In this document: positions 31,352 to 40,803 of the stretch, piece by piece
Position numbering within the stretch: position 1 is the stretch's first letter
How the letters are laid out: each line of letters begins with the position of its first letter
Origin: an uncultured Planctomyces sp.
Lineage (GTDB): Bacteria > Planctomycetota > Planctomycetia > Planctomycetales > Planctomycetaceae
NCBI GenBank assembly: GCA_937904325.1
Contig: CALGTK010000232.1
Location: forward strand, 1,172 to 65,171
DNA length: 64,000 nt
Direction: 5' to 3'
Program-made: the position numbers and the translations under genes
The notes under the pieces: generated by a model
The model's database searches: none
What the model was told of the DNA's origin: nothing
What the model saw: only the letters and a program-made list of their open reading frames with translations

Positions 31352-32233
31352 ATGCCAGAACAACGATCTATGCGGCGTCTTGAAGGATGGGTGCAGGAAG
31401 TCATCACCAATCCCGATGGTATCGCGGTGGGTGTCGAGTCTCCAGCAGCGAAACAGCAGATCGACATCGACGTCTCCAGCATTGAACAGGTCGTCGAGCC
31501 CTCCAGCCGGATGGACAGCACAGAGCGTTTGGCGGTTTACGGAAATGCCTACTTCTCGCGGCTTGTCAAATGTCTCGGTGAGGAGTTTCCGGCAACTCGT
31601 TATGCAATCGGCGAAGAAAATTTCAAAAGCTTTGCCTTTGCCTACGTTAATGATTCACCCTCGTCCAGTTATTCGCTGGGATTCCTTGGCGAACAATTCG
31701 CTCAATACCTGATTGACACTCGTCCGGCCGACGTTTCGAAACCTGGTTGGCCGGATTTCCTGATCGACCTCGCAACTCTTGAGCGAACATACGCCGAATT
31801 TTTCGACGGCCTCGGACCCGAACATCTCGATACGCTGAAACTGCAGGATTTACAGACTGTGCCGCCGGACCTTGTCAACGAAGTCCGATTTGTGCCCGTA
31901 CCATCTTTGCGACTGTTGGAAGCATCGTTTTCAGTTCACGAGTACGTCACAGCCGTCCGCAGAGATCAGTCTCCGGAAATCCCGCTGCCGGCAGAGACGC
32001 TCCTTGTCATCACGCGGCGTGAATACGTCGTTCGCCGCGGACCGGTGTCGCGAACCGAATTTCAATTGCTTCGAGCAATTCTCGACGGCAACTCACTTGG
32101 TGCCGCGATCAAAATCGCCGCCGAAGCAATGCCCGACATGGCCGACGAAGAGCTTGCATCAAACCTGTCAAAATGGTTTCAGCATTGGGCGTCCGCAGGA
32201 TGGTTTATCCGAGTTGAGTTGCCGGACTCCTAA
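31352..32233 (+). CDS. DUF2063 family protein (partner protein of DUF692 enzymes)
   Basis: The ORF is 293 aa. RLAVYGNAYFSRLVKCLGEEFPATRYAIGEENFKSFAFAYV matches the DUF2063 core (rl.vYrn.y...l..aL...fP). It lies immediately downstream of the DUF692 gene. Confidence 0.8.
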   Translation: MPEQRSMRRLEGWVQEVITNPDGIAVGVESPAAKQQIDIDVSSIEQVVEPSSRMDSTERLAVYGNAYFSRLVKCLGEEFPATRYAIGEENFKSFAFAYVNDSPSSSYSLGFLGEQFAQYLIDTRPADVSKPGWPDFLIDLATLERTYAEFFDGLGPEHLDTLKLQDLQTVPPDLVNEVRFVPVPSLRLLEASFSVHEYVTAVRRDQSPEIPLPAETLLVITRREYVVRRGPVSRTEFQLLRAILDGNSLGAAIKIAAEAMPDMADEELASNLSKWFQHWASAGWFIRVELPDS

Positions 32234-32236
32234 ACT

Positions 32237-32668
32237 TTACTCGTCGACCAGTTCCCGCATTTTCTTGACGGTGGCTTCCGTGGCTGGGTACACAAGCCTT
32301 ACTCCGTCGCCAATCGGTGCCAACGTGATCTCCCAGCCCGTGGCATTTCGTCGCAGTGGGATGACAAAATCTCCAGGCCGCCTGACTTCTTCCGGGAATG
32401 CAATGCCCAGCGGCCCTGGCGTCACGTTTCCACGCCAGACGTATTCGACACGAACACCACCTTTGACGCCAACAGTTGCTCGCACGACCGCATCGGATTC
32501 GGCAATCTGCCGGATATTCACGTTCGTCGGATCGGACGTCGCAATCAACCAGCCAAGCAGCGAATACCACGACAGGCCGACAACAAGTGCGACTCTCAAC
32601 AACAACGTTCCGCGGGAATCGGTGCTGCACGGAGTTTGTGTCGTAGCGTTGTCAGGTTGCGAATTCAT
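32237..32668 (-). CDS. Membrane-anchored hypothetical protein
   Basis: The ORF is 143 aa. It has one N-terminal TM segment (LLLRVALVVGLSWYSLLGWLIA). It starts 20 nt downstream of the PPC-domain gene on the same strand. Confidence 0.55.
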   Translation of the reverse strand: MNSQPDNATTQTPCSTDSRGTLLLRVALVVGLSWYSLLGWLIATSDPTNVNIRQIAESDAVVRATVGVKGGVRVEYVWRGNVTPGPLGIAFPEEVRRPGDFVIPLRRNATGWEITLAPIGDGVRLVYPATEATVKKMRELVDE

Positions 32669-32688
32669 AAGCCGATCGTCTCGCCTGC

Positions 32689-35079
32689 TTAGTTTCTGTC
32701 GACTGATATCTGACTGACGGACTGCGCATCCTGCAGGCGAATAGAAATTCGGGACTCCGTTCGGATCGGTTTTCCATTTGCGTCTTTCAACACGGCGTTC
32801 ACAACAAGCGGCGAGTTGAAGGTGTGACTCGATTTCTGATCGACTCGAAGTGACAGCATTCCGGAATCCTCATCCGCGGCCACAACGATCGGTTCTACTG
32901 ACCAGCCCTTTAGGTGAGGTGGTGATGACACATGGATTCGAACAGCGCCTGCCAGTCCGGTTCCTCGTTGTATTTTGACGGGAATCCTGATCGAGCCGCC
33001 ACGTTTGACGACGAATGTTGATGTTGGAAGTTGCAGGCTGATGCGGACTGGATCCACAAGTACAATCACCTGATCATCCTGAGCGTGTGACGAAAAACTA
33101 ACTCGATGTCTCGTCCCGGAGCCATCGGTGACGAATGCAGAACCCATCAGACAGAAGCGGCTGGTTCGGCCGATTTCCATCCAGGGTGGGAGGCTGACCG
33201 TGTAATCGAATTCTGACTCGCCAGGTGGCACAATAACTTTTTGCCCGGTCACACCTTGAAGATGTCGAACTTGACGGTCGTCTGCTTCAATTTCGATAGG
33301 GCCTTCGAAATCGCCTCGGTCAATATTGTAATGCCGGGTGTAGGTCGTACCGCGCGAGGCGTAACGAGTTTCGAACGGCGAGTAAATCCGGAACGGAGTC
33401 TTGATTGCGACTCCCAAGGTCAGTCCGGGCACAGGGTGATGGCCAGCAGTGGCCGCAAAAGTTGCTTCACGTTTTGATTCCGGTTCAATGTCGACCGTTT
33501 TGCCGACGACTTTCAACCTGGCGATCTGAGGCATTGCCGACTCGTCAACTTTGATGACGAGTTGAGCATCCTGCCGATTCGTCGTAATCCTGACCGGTTC
33601 GACAGTAACTCCGTCGGGCAGTTCTTCGGCCGAGAGTTCGACTTCGCCCTTGAAGCCAAATGAGCGATCAATGCCGATCTTCAGTTTGGTTTCCGCCCCT
33701 TGCTCAATGTTGACCGTGTCGAGCGGAAGCTTCAATTCGAAGTGCTGCTCGGAAACTTCTGAAATCGAAATTCGGTAGGCAAAACGACTACCTCCTAGAT
33801 GGTCGAACTGGTCCCGGATCTGGGCGAAAAACGATTCGCCGCTGGGAACTTTCCAGACAATACGTGAATCCGGGATGCCGCCTGCGAGGTCATCATTCAG
33901 TTTGAGTTGCTTGCCGTCGCTCGAAAGAACACTTAGCACGGAATCGAGTTCCGTCCCGAGTCTCGACGATTGAACTTCCAGCAGCAGCGTTTTGCCCACC
34001 TCGGCGGAGAAGCGGAAAAGGTCGATGTCGCCAGGCTTGTCGATGCGACCGTTGAATACCATCCCCGACTTCAACGACACGGCTTCTGGTTTCACTGAAT
34101 CCGTTGCATCGTTGGGTTCAACTTCCAAGTGCTCGGGAAGGTTGCCCGCCACGAGCGTTACATTATTCGATGCGACATTCGGAAGACTGAGATTGAACTG
34201 GCGAGCTGAATTTTTGGGAATGGCGATGTTTGCCTGATTCATTGGCAAGTCGGTCCCCGAAAGTTGAATCGTGACAGAGTCTCCGCGCTGCCCACCCAAC
34301 GGATACACCGATTTGAGATACGGACCTTTACGGATTGTCAGCCTGTAGACGTAATGCTGCAGACCTCCGAATTCGATGTCGTGAATTCGGCATTCGTAGC
34401 GGCCCGCCATGGGAGCGACGAATTGAACGAATGAGTCGACTCCTAACGCGTCGACATTCTCAGTCAGCACAGAACCGTCCGGTCCGCGGATTTCGATACG
34501 TGAATCCAGCGGCGATCCGATTCTGGCCGCATTGACTTCGCAGGAAATTCTTTTGCCGGCTTCCGCGTCGAACGTCCAGATGTCGACGTCTTCTCGCGGG
34601 AAAATGCGGCCGTTAATTGTGACCGGCAGTTGCACACTCGTCGGAATCGGCTCGCCATCAATTTCTTCTTCGGTCACTTCGGGAAGGTCGCCGACAACAA
34701 ACTTCATTCGCGAAGTAACACCCTGCGACGTGTTGACTCTCCAGCGTCTAAATCCGAGCGGTGCACCTTTCGCAATCTTGACCGACCCAAGGTAATCATT
34801 GGGGTAGTCTTCCTTGCGCTGCGACGCTGGCTGAGGAATCAACGGCCCTTCGAACCAGACAGTTTTTGTTCGCTCAATCCTTGCCGAAGCAGAGACGCCT
34901 GGTCCGGTCATCTCGAACGGACAGCCTTCATGAAGATAATGCCCGCCGACTTTGTACGAGACTTCTGCGCCTCGCTGACCACCTGCCGGAAAGATATAAC
35001 TGACATGCGGCGACTCGGCGAAAGCCGACATGGCCAAAACATTCATGACAACGAAAACCACCATCAGACGAGTAATCAT
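32689..35079 (-). CDS. Large secreted protein with repeated pre-peptidase C-terminal (PPC)-type beta domains
   Basis: A signal peptide (MITRLMVVFVVMNVLAMSAFA) is followed by at least two PPC-like units (GRIFPREDVDIWTFDAEAGKRI..., GRIDKPGDIDLFRFSAEVGKTLLLEV...LDSVLSVLSSDGKQL). Confidence 0.8.
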   Translation of the reverse strand: MITRLMVVFVVMNVLAMSAFAESPHVSYIFPAGGQRGAEVSYKVGGHYLHEGCPFEMTGPGVSASARIERTKTVWFEGPLIPQPASQRKEDYPNDYLGSVKIAKGAPLGFRRWRVNTSQGVTSRMKFVVGDLPEVTEEEIDGEPIPTSVQLPVTINGRIFPREDVDIWTFDAEAGKRISCEVNAARIGSPLDSRIEIRGPDGSVLTENVDALGVDSFVQFVAPMAGRYECRIHDIEFGGLQHYVYRLTIRKGPYLKSVYPLGGQRGDSVTIQLSGTDLPMNQANIAIPKNSARQFNLSLPNVASNNVTLVAGNLPEHLEVEPNDATDSVKPEAVSLKSGMVFNGRIDKPGDIDLFRFSAEVGKTLLLEVQSSRLGTELDSVLSVLSSDGKQLKLNDDLAGGIPDSRIVWKVPSGESFFAQIRDQFDHLGGSRFAYRISISEVSEQHFELKLPLDTVNIEQGAETKLKIGIDRSFGFKGEVELSAEELPDGVTVEPVRITTNRQDAQLVIKVDESAMPQIARLKVVGKTVDIEPESKREATFAATAGHHPVPGLTLGVAIKTPFRIYSPFETRYASRGTTYTRHYNIDRGDFEGPIEIEADDRQVRHLQGVTGQKVIVPPGESEFDYTVSLPPWMEIGRTSRFCLMGSAFVTDGSGTRHRVSFSSHAQDDQVIVLVDPVRISLQLPTSTFVVKRGGSIRIPVKIQRGTGLAGAVRIHVSSPPHLKGWSVEPIVVAADEDSGMLSLRVDQKSSHTFNSPLVVNAVLKDANGKPIRTESRISIRLQDAQSVSQISVDRN

Positions 35080-35321
35080 TCTGTTCCTCGGCGAAAGGGA
35101 CTCGTTTAAGGGCCAGGTCGCTCAGCGGTATCGAATTAATCAAAGTGAAAATTCATTCACGAACAGCCACAAGAAGACGCACAACAGATGAGGTTTCGAT
35201 CTGCTAAGTCCGTTCTGAGTCAATCACTATAAACTTGTTTTCGTAATTTGTGTTGCGTCATTTTGTGCTTGTTTGCGGCCGGAGCACTCCCTCTACAAAA
35301 TTGCTGATTTCACGTCCAACG

Positions 35322-36605
35322 TCAGTCGAGGATGGTCTGCACTCGGTCGGGGCCGACTGAGATGATTTCGACGGGGTAACCAACCAGCTCAGCGACAGTT
35401 TCGACGTACTTCAATGCGTTCTCTGGAAGGTCGGCTCGCTTGCGGATTCCGGTAATGTCCGTATTCCAGCCAGGCACTGTTCGATATATCGGTTTCATCT
35501 GGGCCAGATCTTCGACGTGCGATGGGAAATCCGTTGTTCGAGTCCCGTTGAAGTCGTAGGCCTCGCAGATTTTGATTTCGTCCAGGCCGTCGAGCACGTC
35601 GACCAGCATGACGGCGATGCAGTCGACGCCGCTGAGTCGTGCTCCGTAGCCGGTCGCGACGGCGTCGAACCAGCCACAGCGGCGAGGCCGGCCGGTAACG
35701 GTTCCATACTCATTCCCAACATCACGGATGTACTGTCCAGTTTCGTCGTCGAGTTCGGTGGGGAATGGACCGCCGCCGACTCGAGTTGTGTACGCCTTGA
35801 CGATGCCGATCATCTTTGAGATTTCGCGCTCGGACACTCCGCTACCGCTGTGAATTCCGCACCCCGAACTGTTCGACGAGGTCACGTATGGGAACGTTCC
35901 GTGGTCAATGTCCAGCAGGCAGCCTTGAGCGCCTTCAAAAAGCAGCTTGCGGTCGTCAGCGACAGCCTTGTGCAGGAACGACGTGGTGTCGGTGACGTAT
36001 GGTCGAAGCTGATCAGCGTAGGTCATGTATTCGTCAAAAATCACGTCGACGTCGAATGGCGTAAAATCATCGTCGAGTGCAGCGATCGCTCGGTTTTTTT
36101 GCGGGACAATTTCTTCGAGTCGTCGTCGCAGGCGTTCCGGATTGACGAAATCGCCCATGCGTATAGCGTGAGTTCGTCCGGCCTTGTCGCGGTAGCAGGT
36201 TCCGATGCCACGCATCGTCGTGCCGATGGCTTCGCCGGCCCGTGCTTTTTCGAAAGCAGCTTCTTCGGCCATGTGGTAGGGAAAGATGACGTGGGCGCGA
36301 TCACTGATTTTCAGCCGTTCCGGCGGGACTTCACCGCGGCGAGCGGCGATTCGACCATACTCTTCCAGGAAAGCTTTAGGGTTGATGACAACGCCGGTCG
36401 CGATGACCGAGACGACGTTGTCGTTCAGGATTCCAGCCGGCAATAGTGAGAGTTTGTAGGTCTCGCCATCGAAGATAACTGTGTGGCCGGCGTTGTTACC
36501 GCCGAGGTATCGAACCACGATGTCATGCTGCTCTGTCAGCAGGTCTACGATTTTACCCTTGGCCTCGTCACCCCACTGAAGCCCGATTACAGAAGTTGCA
36601 CTCAC
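35322..36605 (-). CDS. purA: Adenylosuccinate synthetase
   Basis: The sequence includes [26 protein letters not shown] and [12 protein letters not shown]. The start is a GTG at 36605. Confidence 0.96.
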   Translation of the reverse strand: MSATSVIGLQWGDEAKGKIVDLLTEQHDIVVRYLGGNNAGHTVIFDGETYKLSLLPAGILNDNVVSVIATGVVINPKAFLEEYGRIAARRGEVPPERLKISDRAHVIFPYHMAEEAAFEKARAGEAIGTTMRGIGTCYRDKAGRTHAIRMGDFVNPERLRRRLEEIVPQKNRAIAALDDDFTPFDVDVIFDEYMTYADQLRPYVTDTTSFLHKAVADDRKLLFEGAQGCLLDIDHGTFPYVTSSNSSGCGIHSGSGVSEREISKMIGIVKAYTTRVGGGPFPTELDDETGQYIRDVGNEYGTVTGRPRRCGWFDAVATGYGARLSGVDCIAVMLVDVLDGLDEIKICEAYDFNGTRTTDFPSHVEDLAQMKPIYRTVPGWNTDITGIRKRADLPENALKYVETVAELVGYPVEIISVGPDRVQTILD

Positions 36606-37124
36606 AACGAAATCCGCCTGTCAAAATTGTTCAATTGATGTGAATCATCAGGTTCGAAAATGGCAACGCCCGCAGCATCCGTTGTCCGGTTTCATGGGGC
36701 GAAACGACCGAGTTTAACAGAGCGATTTCCGAAAATGCACCGGCTCGGGCCGTGAATTACTGACTAATTTCCTGGTCGCAAAAAATCGCCGAATCGCTCG
36801 AAAACAGCCACGAAACCAAGGGAAACTGGTCTTTGTGGCTTCACACGAGTTGGTTATAAACCAGGTTATCCCCGAAAGTTTCCATCGCTGAAACTCTCTC
36901 GACATCCCGTCGAATCACTTCTTACTTCGCTGTAGCTCCCCTCCTCTTAAACAATGTCGGTGTCGTTTCGTGCATCCCTTTCGCATTTGGATGGATGTTT
37001 CTACGCCTAACACAGTCTCTCCTTCTTCGGCATCGACGCCTTCCCGCGGGCCAGCGTGTCGCCTTCCCAACAAACGGCCTCTCTCCTGATTCATCAGAGC
37101 AGACGGTTCGAAAAGGAGTTTTGA

Positions 37125-37946
37125 ATGCCTGTTTCGACTCGTACCTTTGTCTGTCTTTTTGCGAGTGCTCTCGCGATGGGACAGTCCGGGTGTAACCTCG
37201 TCCCCAACAACTGGCTGCGACAGAGCCAGCTTCAACTGAGAAATCTGCACGGTCAGAATAAAACGCTGGCCGATCAGAACACAGCGGCATCGCAGTCGCT
37301 CGATCAGGCGCTGCAACAGAAAGCTGACGCTGAAAAGCGATTGCAGGTCGCCAATTCGCGACTCGATAATCTTAACGCAGAACGGTCGCAGCTTCGCGAC
37401 CGCTTTGTCTCGCTGCAGGACCAGCTCAGAAATCTGGAGAACCCGCTTCCACAGTCGGCAAATCAGAAGTTTGCCGATCTTGCGAAAAAGTATCCAGGAT
37501 TCAATTTTGACCCAGACACTGGAGTGAGCAAATTTTCGTCGGACATCCTGTTTGACTCAGGTAGCGCGACCATCAAGTCCAGCGCCGGACCGTTGTTGAA
37601 GGACTTCGCTGAAGTCATGAACGATGGCGAAGCCAAGCGACTGAACATCCTCGTCGTCGGCCACACGGACGATAAGTTAATTAAGAAGACTTCAACCAAG
37701 GCGAAGCATCCAACCAACTGGCACCTGTCAACAAACCGTGCGAACAGCGTGGTTGTTGATCTTGGCCGAGCTGGACTCAGCAAATTGCGGATGGGCTCCG
37801 CCGGTTACGCCGACAACCAGCCTGTCATGCCGAATACGGACGAGAAAGCTCGCAGCCAGAACCGGCGAGTTGAAATCTTCGTCCTCGCACCGGAAGCTGC
37901 GATTGCAGGCTGGGATCCGCTCGGTAGCGACAGTTCGACGAGATAG
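37125..37946 (+). CDS. OmpA/MotB-family peptidoglycan-associated (lipo)protein with N-terminal coiled coil
   Basis: AAGGAG lies 6 nt before the ATG. The signal/lipobox-like sequence is ...AMGQSGC. The C-terminal OmpA-like domain reads ILVVGHTDD...NWHLSTNRANSVV...NRRVEIFV. Confidence 0.85.
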   Translation: MPVSTRTFVCLFASALAMGQSGCNLVPNNWLRQSQLQLRNLHGQNKTLADQNTAASQSLDQALQQKADAEKRLQVANSRLDNLNAERSQLRDRFVSLQDQLRNLENPLPQSANQKFADLAKKYPGFNFDPDTGVSKFSSDILFDSGSATIKSSAGPLLKDFAEVMNDGEAKRLNILVVGHTDDKLIKKTSTKAKHPTNWHLSTNRANSVVVDLGRAGLSKLRMGSAGYADNQPVMPNTDEKARSQNRRVEIFVLAPEAAIAGWDPLGSDSSTR

Positions 37947-38038
37947 TTTCAGCCGGAGCGGCATAAAGATCGATTACACTTTCAAGCGGCGATGCGATGT
38001 TGAATCGTGTCGTCGTTTTCTCATGCGCGAATTGATCT

Positions 38039-38107
38039 GTCATGCCCGCGAATGTGGGCACCCAGTTTCCACGCAAACGACTGGCATCCCGTCTTCGCGG
38101 GAATGAC
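38039..38107. repeat. REP-like imperfect palindromic element (about 69 nt extended hairpin)
   Basis: The arms are GTCATGCCCGCGAA (38039-38052) and TTCGCGGGAATGAC (38094-38107), pairing 13/14. An inner CCAGT/ACTGG stem surrounds TTCCACGCAAACG. The element is intergenic, 70 nt upstream of the radical SAM gene. Confidence 0.5.
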
Positions 38108-38178
38108 GTTATGACTCATTCGCAGACATCCTTTGAGAACTTCGTCAGGCAAAGCCTGGCCTACAGGTGTTAGTCTGA

Positions 38179-39138
38179 ATGGAATTGCCGTTGTCCGACA
38201 TTTCTGATCGAGAGATTCTTGACGCTCGGCCTGCGCGGAATTCACTCGACGTCGATCGACCGTATGAGTTTCTGGTTGAGCCCGAAAGAGGTGCCGACGG
38301 ACTCATCGAACATGTAGCGACGATCTTTCTGGTAAATCGCGAATGCTCGTTTCGATGTCTGATGTGTGACCTTTGGAAGAATACAACGGTAAAGTCAGTT
38401 CCCGTCGGAGCCATTCCGCAGCAGATTGATTATGCACTGGAGCGGTCACCGAAAGCTCAGCACGCCAAGCTTTACAATTCGGGTAACTTCTTCGACGCGA
38501 AGGCGATCCCAAAGGAAGACTGGCCAGCGATTGTCGAGCGAGTTCGAGGATTCAAGTCAGTCATCGTTGAGAATCATCCGAAGCTTTGTGGCGATGGCTG
38601 TTTCGAGTTTCGCGACATGCTGGCTGTACACGGCGTCGAGCTGGAGATCGCGCTCGGGCTCGAAACTGTCCATCCGGAAGTTCTGCCACGACTCAACAAG
38701 CAGATGACTGCTGAAGATTTCGCATTCGCAGCAGAGAAACTGATTGCTGCCGGAATTCGACTTCGGACATTCATTCTCCTGCGTCCGCCGTTTCTTAGCG
38801 AAGAAGAAGGAATCGAATGGGCGCTGAAGTCAATCGAGTTTGCGTTTGAAGCCGGCGTGTCGTGTTGCTCGGTTGTAGGGACCCGTGCTGGAAACGGAAT
38901 CATGGAGCAGCTCGAAAACGACGGACTGTTTCAGTCGCCGCAGCTTTCCTCACTGGAAGATGTCCAGGAACGAGGCCTGAACCTTGGGGTCGGACGAGTT
39001 TTCATAGACACGTGGGACGCCCAGCAGTTTACGAACTGTGTGGAGTGTGCCGAACAGCGGATCCAAAGAATCGCCGACATGAATCTCAGCCAGCAGGTTA
39101 TCGCTCGAATCAAGTGCCAAATATGTGGGGCGGGATGA
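38179..39138 (+). CDS. Radical SAM protein
   Basis: The CxxxCxxC cluster motif is present (NRECSFRCLMCDLW). The TIM-barrel-type core contains GLETVHPEVL. The C-terminal CVEC...CQIC is a zinc-ribbon-like pair. Confidence 0.85.
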   Translation: MELPLSDISDREILDARPARNSLDVDRPYEFLVEPERGADGLIEHVATIFLVNRECSFRCLMCDLWKNTTVKSVPVGAIPQQIDYALERSPKAQHAKLYNSGNFFDAKAIPKEDWPAIVERVRGFKSVIVENHPKLCGDGCFEFRDMLAVHGVELEIALGLETVHPEVLPRLNKQMTAEDFAFAAEKLIAAGIRLRTFILLRPPFLSEEEGIEWALKSIEFAFEAGVSCCSVVGTRAGNGIMEQLENDGLFQSPQLSSLEDVQERGLNLGVGRVFIDTWDAQQFTNCVECAEQRIQRIADMNLSQQVIARIKCQICGAG

Positions 39139-39164
39139 CGTAGGCCAAAACGATCGCCACATTT

Positions 39165-39201
39165 CTCCGGCAATGCAAACTATTCGACAGGGCTGCCGGA
39201 G
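39165..39201. terminator. Hairpin between convergent genes (possible bidirectional terminator without a clear U-tract)
   Basis: The stem is CTCCGGCA...(21 nt)...TGCCGGAG, 8 bp and perfect. It lies between the radical SAM stop (39138) and the helicase stop (39243). Confidence 0.3.
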
Positions 39202-39242
39202 CGGCGCTGCGCTCATCCCGATCGACAAGAAGTACTCACTCC

Positions 39243-40469
39243 TTACCTGCCGAAACGGGTTTGAGGACCTGAACGGTCGGCGACTTTACGGGGTGCCGTT
39301 GGCCGCGCGGGTTCGAAGCCTTCGATCTTGTACGAGTCGAGCATGTTGTTGACTCGGATTTCAATCCGAGTCAGCTCGTCGCCTTGTTCGCGAGTGACGA
39401 ACATGATTGCGATGTCCGGCGTGTCTGATGACAGGCGGCCAGTTCGACCGATTCGATGAACATAGTCGTCGCAGAATTCCGGCACGTCGTAATTGATGAT
39501 GTGCGAAATTCCGCTGACATCGATGCCACGTCCTACCACGTCTGTGGCGATGAGCAGGCGAACCTGCCCGGCTCGGACTCGCTTCATCACGCTGTCGCGT
39601 TTGCGTTGCTGAAGGTCGCCGTGCAGCGTTTCAACTTCGGGCAACTTCTTGCGAAACTTGTTGAACAGTTCGTCGGCTCGGCGTTTTGTTCGTGTGAAAA
39701 CGATCGCCTGCTGAGGACGTTCCTGGGCAAGCAATCGGGCGAGTGTTGGAAATTTTCGGTCTTCGTCGACCGTAATGTAGTACTGCTCGATTTGCCGAGT
39801 GACGACCGCGTCCTGCGACAGGTCGACCATCTCCGGCTGTTTCATGTAACGCTGTGCGAGTCTTTCGACGGGCGGTGGCAGCGTTGCCGACAGAAGCAAT
39901 GTCTGACGTTCGTCCGGACAGCGTTTGAGGATCTTTTCGATGTCCGGGCGGAAGCCAATGTCGAGCATGCGGTCGGCTTCGTCGAGGATCACGAAGTCCA
40001 GCGTTGAAAGATCGAGCGAGCGGCGGTTCATCAGGTCGATGACTCTGCCGGGCGTTCCGACGACGATTTGTGCTCCGCGTTGCAACTCGTCGACCTGGGC
40101 ACGGATCGATTTTCCGCCGACGATCGAGACGACTCCGACATTCCGATTCGCTGAAAGTTTGCGAGCTTCTTCGGCAACCTGCTCGCTGAGCTCCCGGGTT
40201 GGGGTGAGAATCAGCGCGAGCGGTCGTTTGGCGTCGTAATCAATGTGCTCCAGTACCGGAATCACAAACGCGGCTGTCTTACCTGTACCGGTATGTGCCT
40301 GTCCGATGCAGTCCTTACCTGTCAAAGCGATCGGAATGAGGCCGGCTTGAATAGGACTTGGGGATTCAAACCCCATTTTTTTCAGGGACTGCAGCATCGT
40401 GTCGCTGAGACCGAGGTCCTCAAACAAAGGGCCTGAGGGGGTGTCTGACTGACTCAAGAAACTCTCCAA
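39243..40469 (-). CDS. DEAD-box ATP-dependent RNA helicase
   Basis: All core motifs are present: Q-motif (FESPSPIQ), AHTGTGKT, the DEAD box (ILDEADRM), SAT and HRIGRTGR. A TTG start at 40469 is implied, because there is no ATG upstream of the Q-motif. Confidence 0.93.
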   Translation of the reverse strand: MESFLSQSDTPSGPLFEDLGLSDTMLQSLKKMGFESPSPIQAGLIPIALTGKDCIGQAHTGTGKTAAFVIPVLEHIDYDAKRPLALILTPTRELSEQVAEEARKLSANRNVGVVSIVGGKSIRAQVDELQRGAQIVVGTPGRVIDLMNRRSLDLSTLDFVILDEADRMLDIGFRPDIEKILKRCPDERQTLLLSATLPPPVERLAQRYMKQPEMVDLSQDAVVTRQIEQYYITVDEDRKFPTLARLLAQERPQQAIVFTRTKRRADELFNKFRKKLPEVETLHGDLQQRKRDSVMKRVRAGQVRLLIATDVVGRGIDVSGISHIINYDVPEFCDDYVHRIGRTGRLSSDTPDIAIMFVTREQGDELTRIEIRVNNMLDSYKIEGFEPARPTAPRKVADRSGPQTRFGR

Positions 40470-40764
40470 TACTGTTAATCTTTAATTTCGTGGGAATTGC
40501 ACACGAAATCGCAGGCAATCACCAGTCTCCGGTGTCACGAAAGTACGAATTCGCTGGGCAAATCGGCTCTGGACGCCGAATAATCGCTGTGGGAAGTGAC
40601 TTTTCGTTGCGATGGGCTTTCTGAGATCGCTTGTTCGCCAGTGGCGGGGTCGACAAACATCCTATGCAGGCAATGCCGAAGTGACCTCTTTATCATCGGT
40701 GGTCAGCGAGTCAGAATTGCAGATCAGAGTCGGGATGGGCACCGTCCACCAACTCATGATAACT

Positions 40765-40781
40765 GGTGGGCAGTGCCCACC
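40765..40781. repeat. Short GC-rich hairpin GGTGGGCA-G-TGCCCACC(CTAC)
   Basis: This is an 8-bp inverted repeat in the intergenic region, 23 nt upstream of the ABC ATPase start. Confidence 0.3.
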
Positions 40782-40803
40782 CTACGGTTGAGGAATTGCA
40801 CAA

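Noticed and set aside
31218-31712. A 164-aa ORF starting with an ATGA overlap on the DUF692 stop
   Set aside because: It is basic and Ser/Arg-rich, with no family resemblance. It overlaps the well-supported DUF2063 frame for 360 nt. The DUF2063 N-terminus at 31352 looks complete, so no frameshift needs to be invoked.
31872-32717. A 281-aa ORF spanning the DUF2063 3' end and antisense to the 143-aa gene
   Set aside because: It is a Ser/Thr/Arg-rich low-information sequence. It overlaps the supported DUF2063 frame, so it is most likely spurious.
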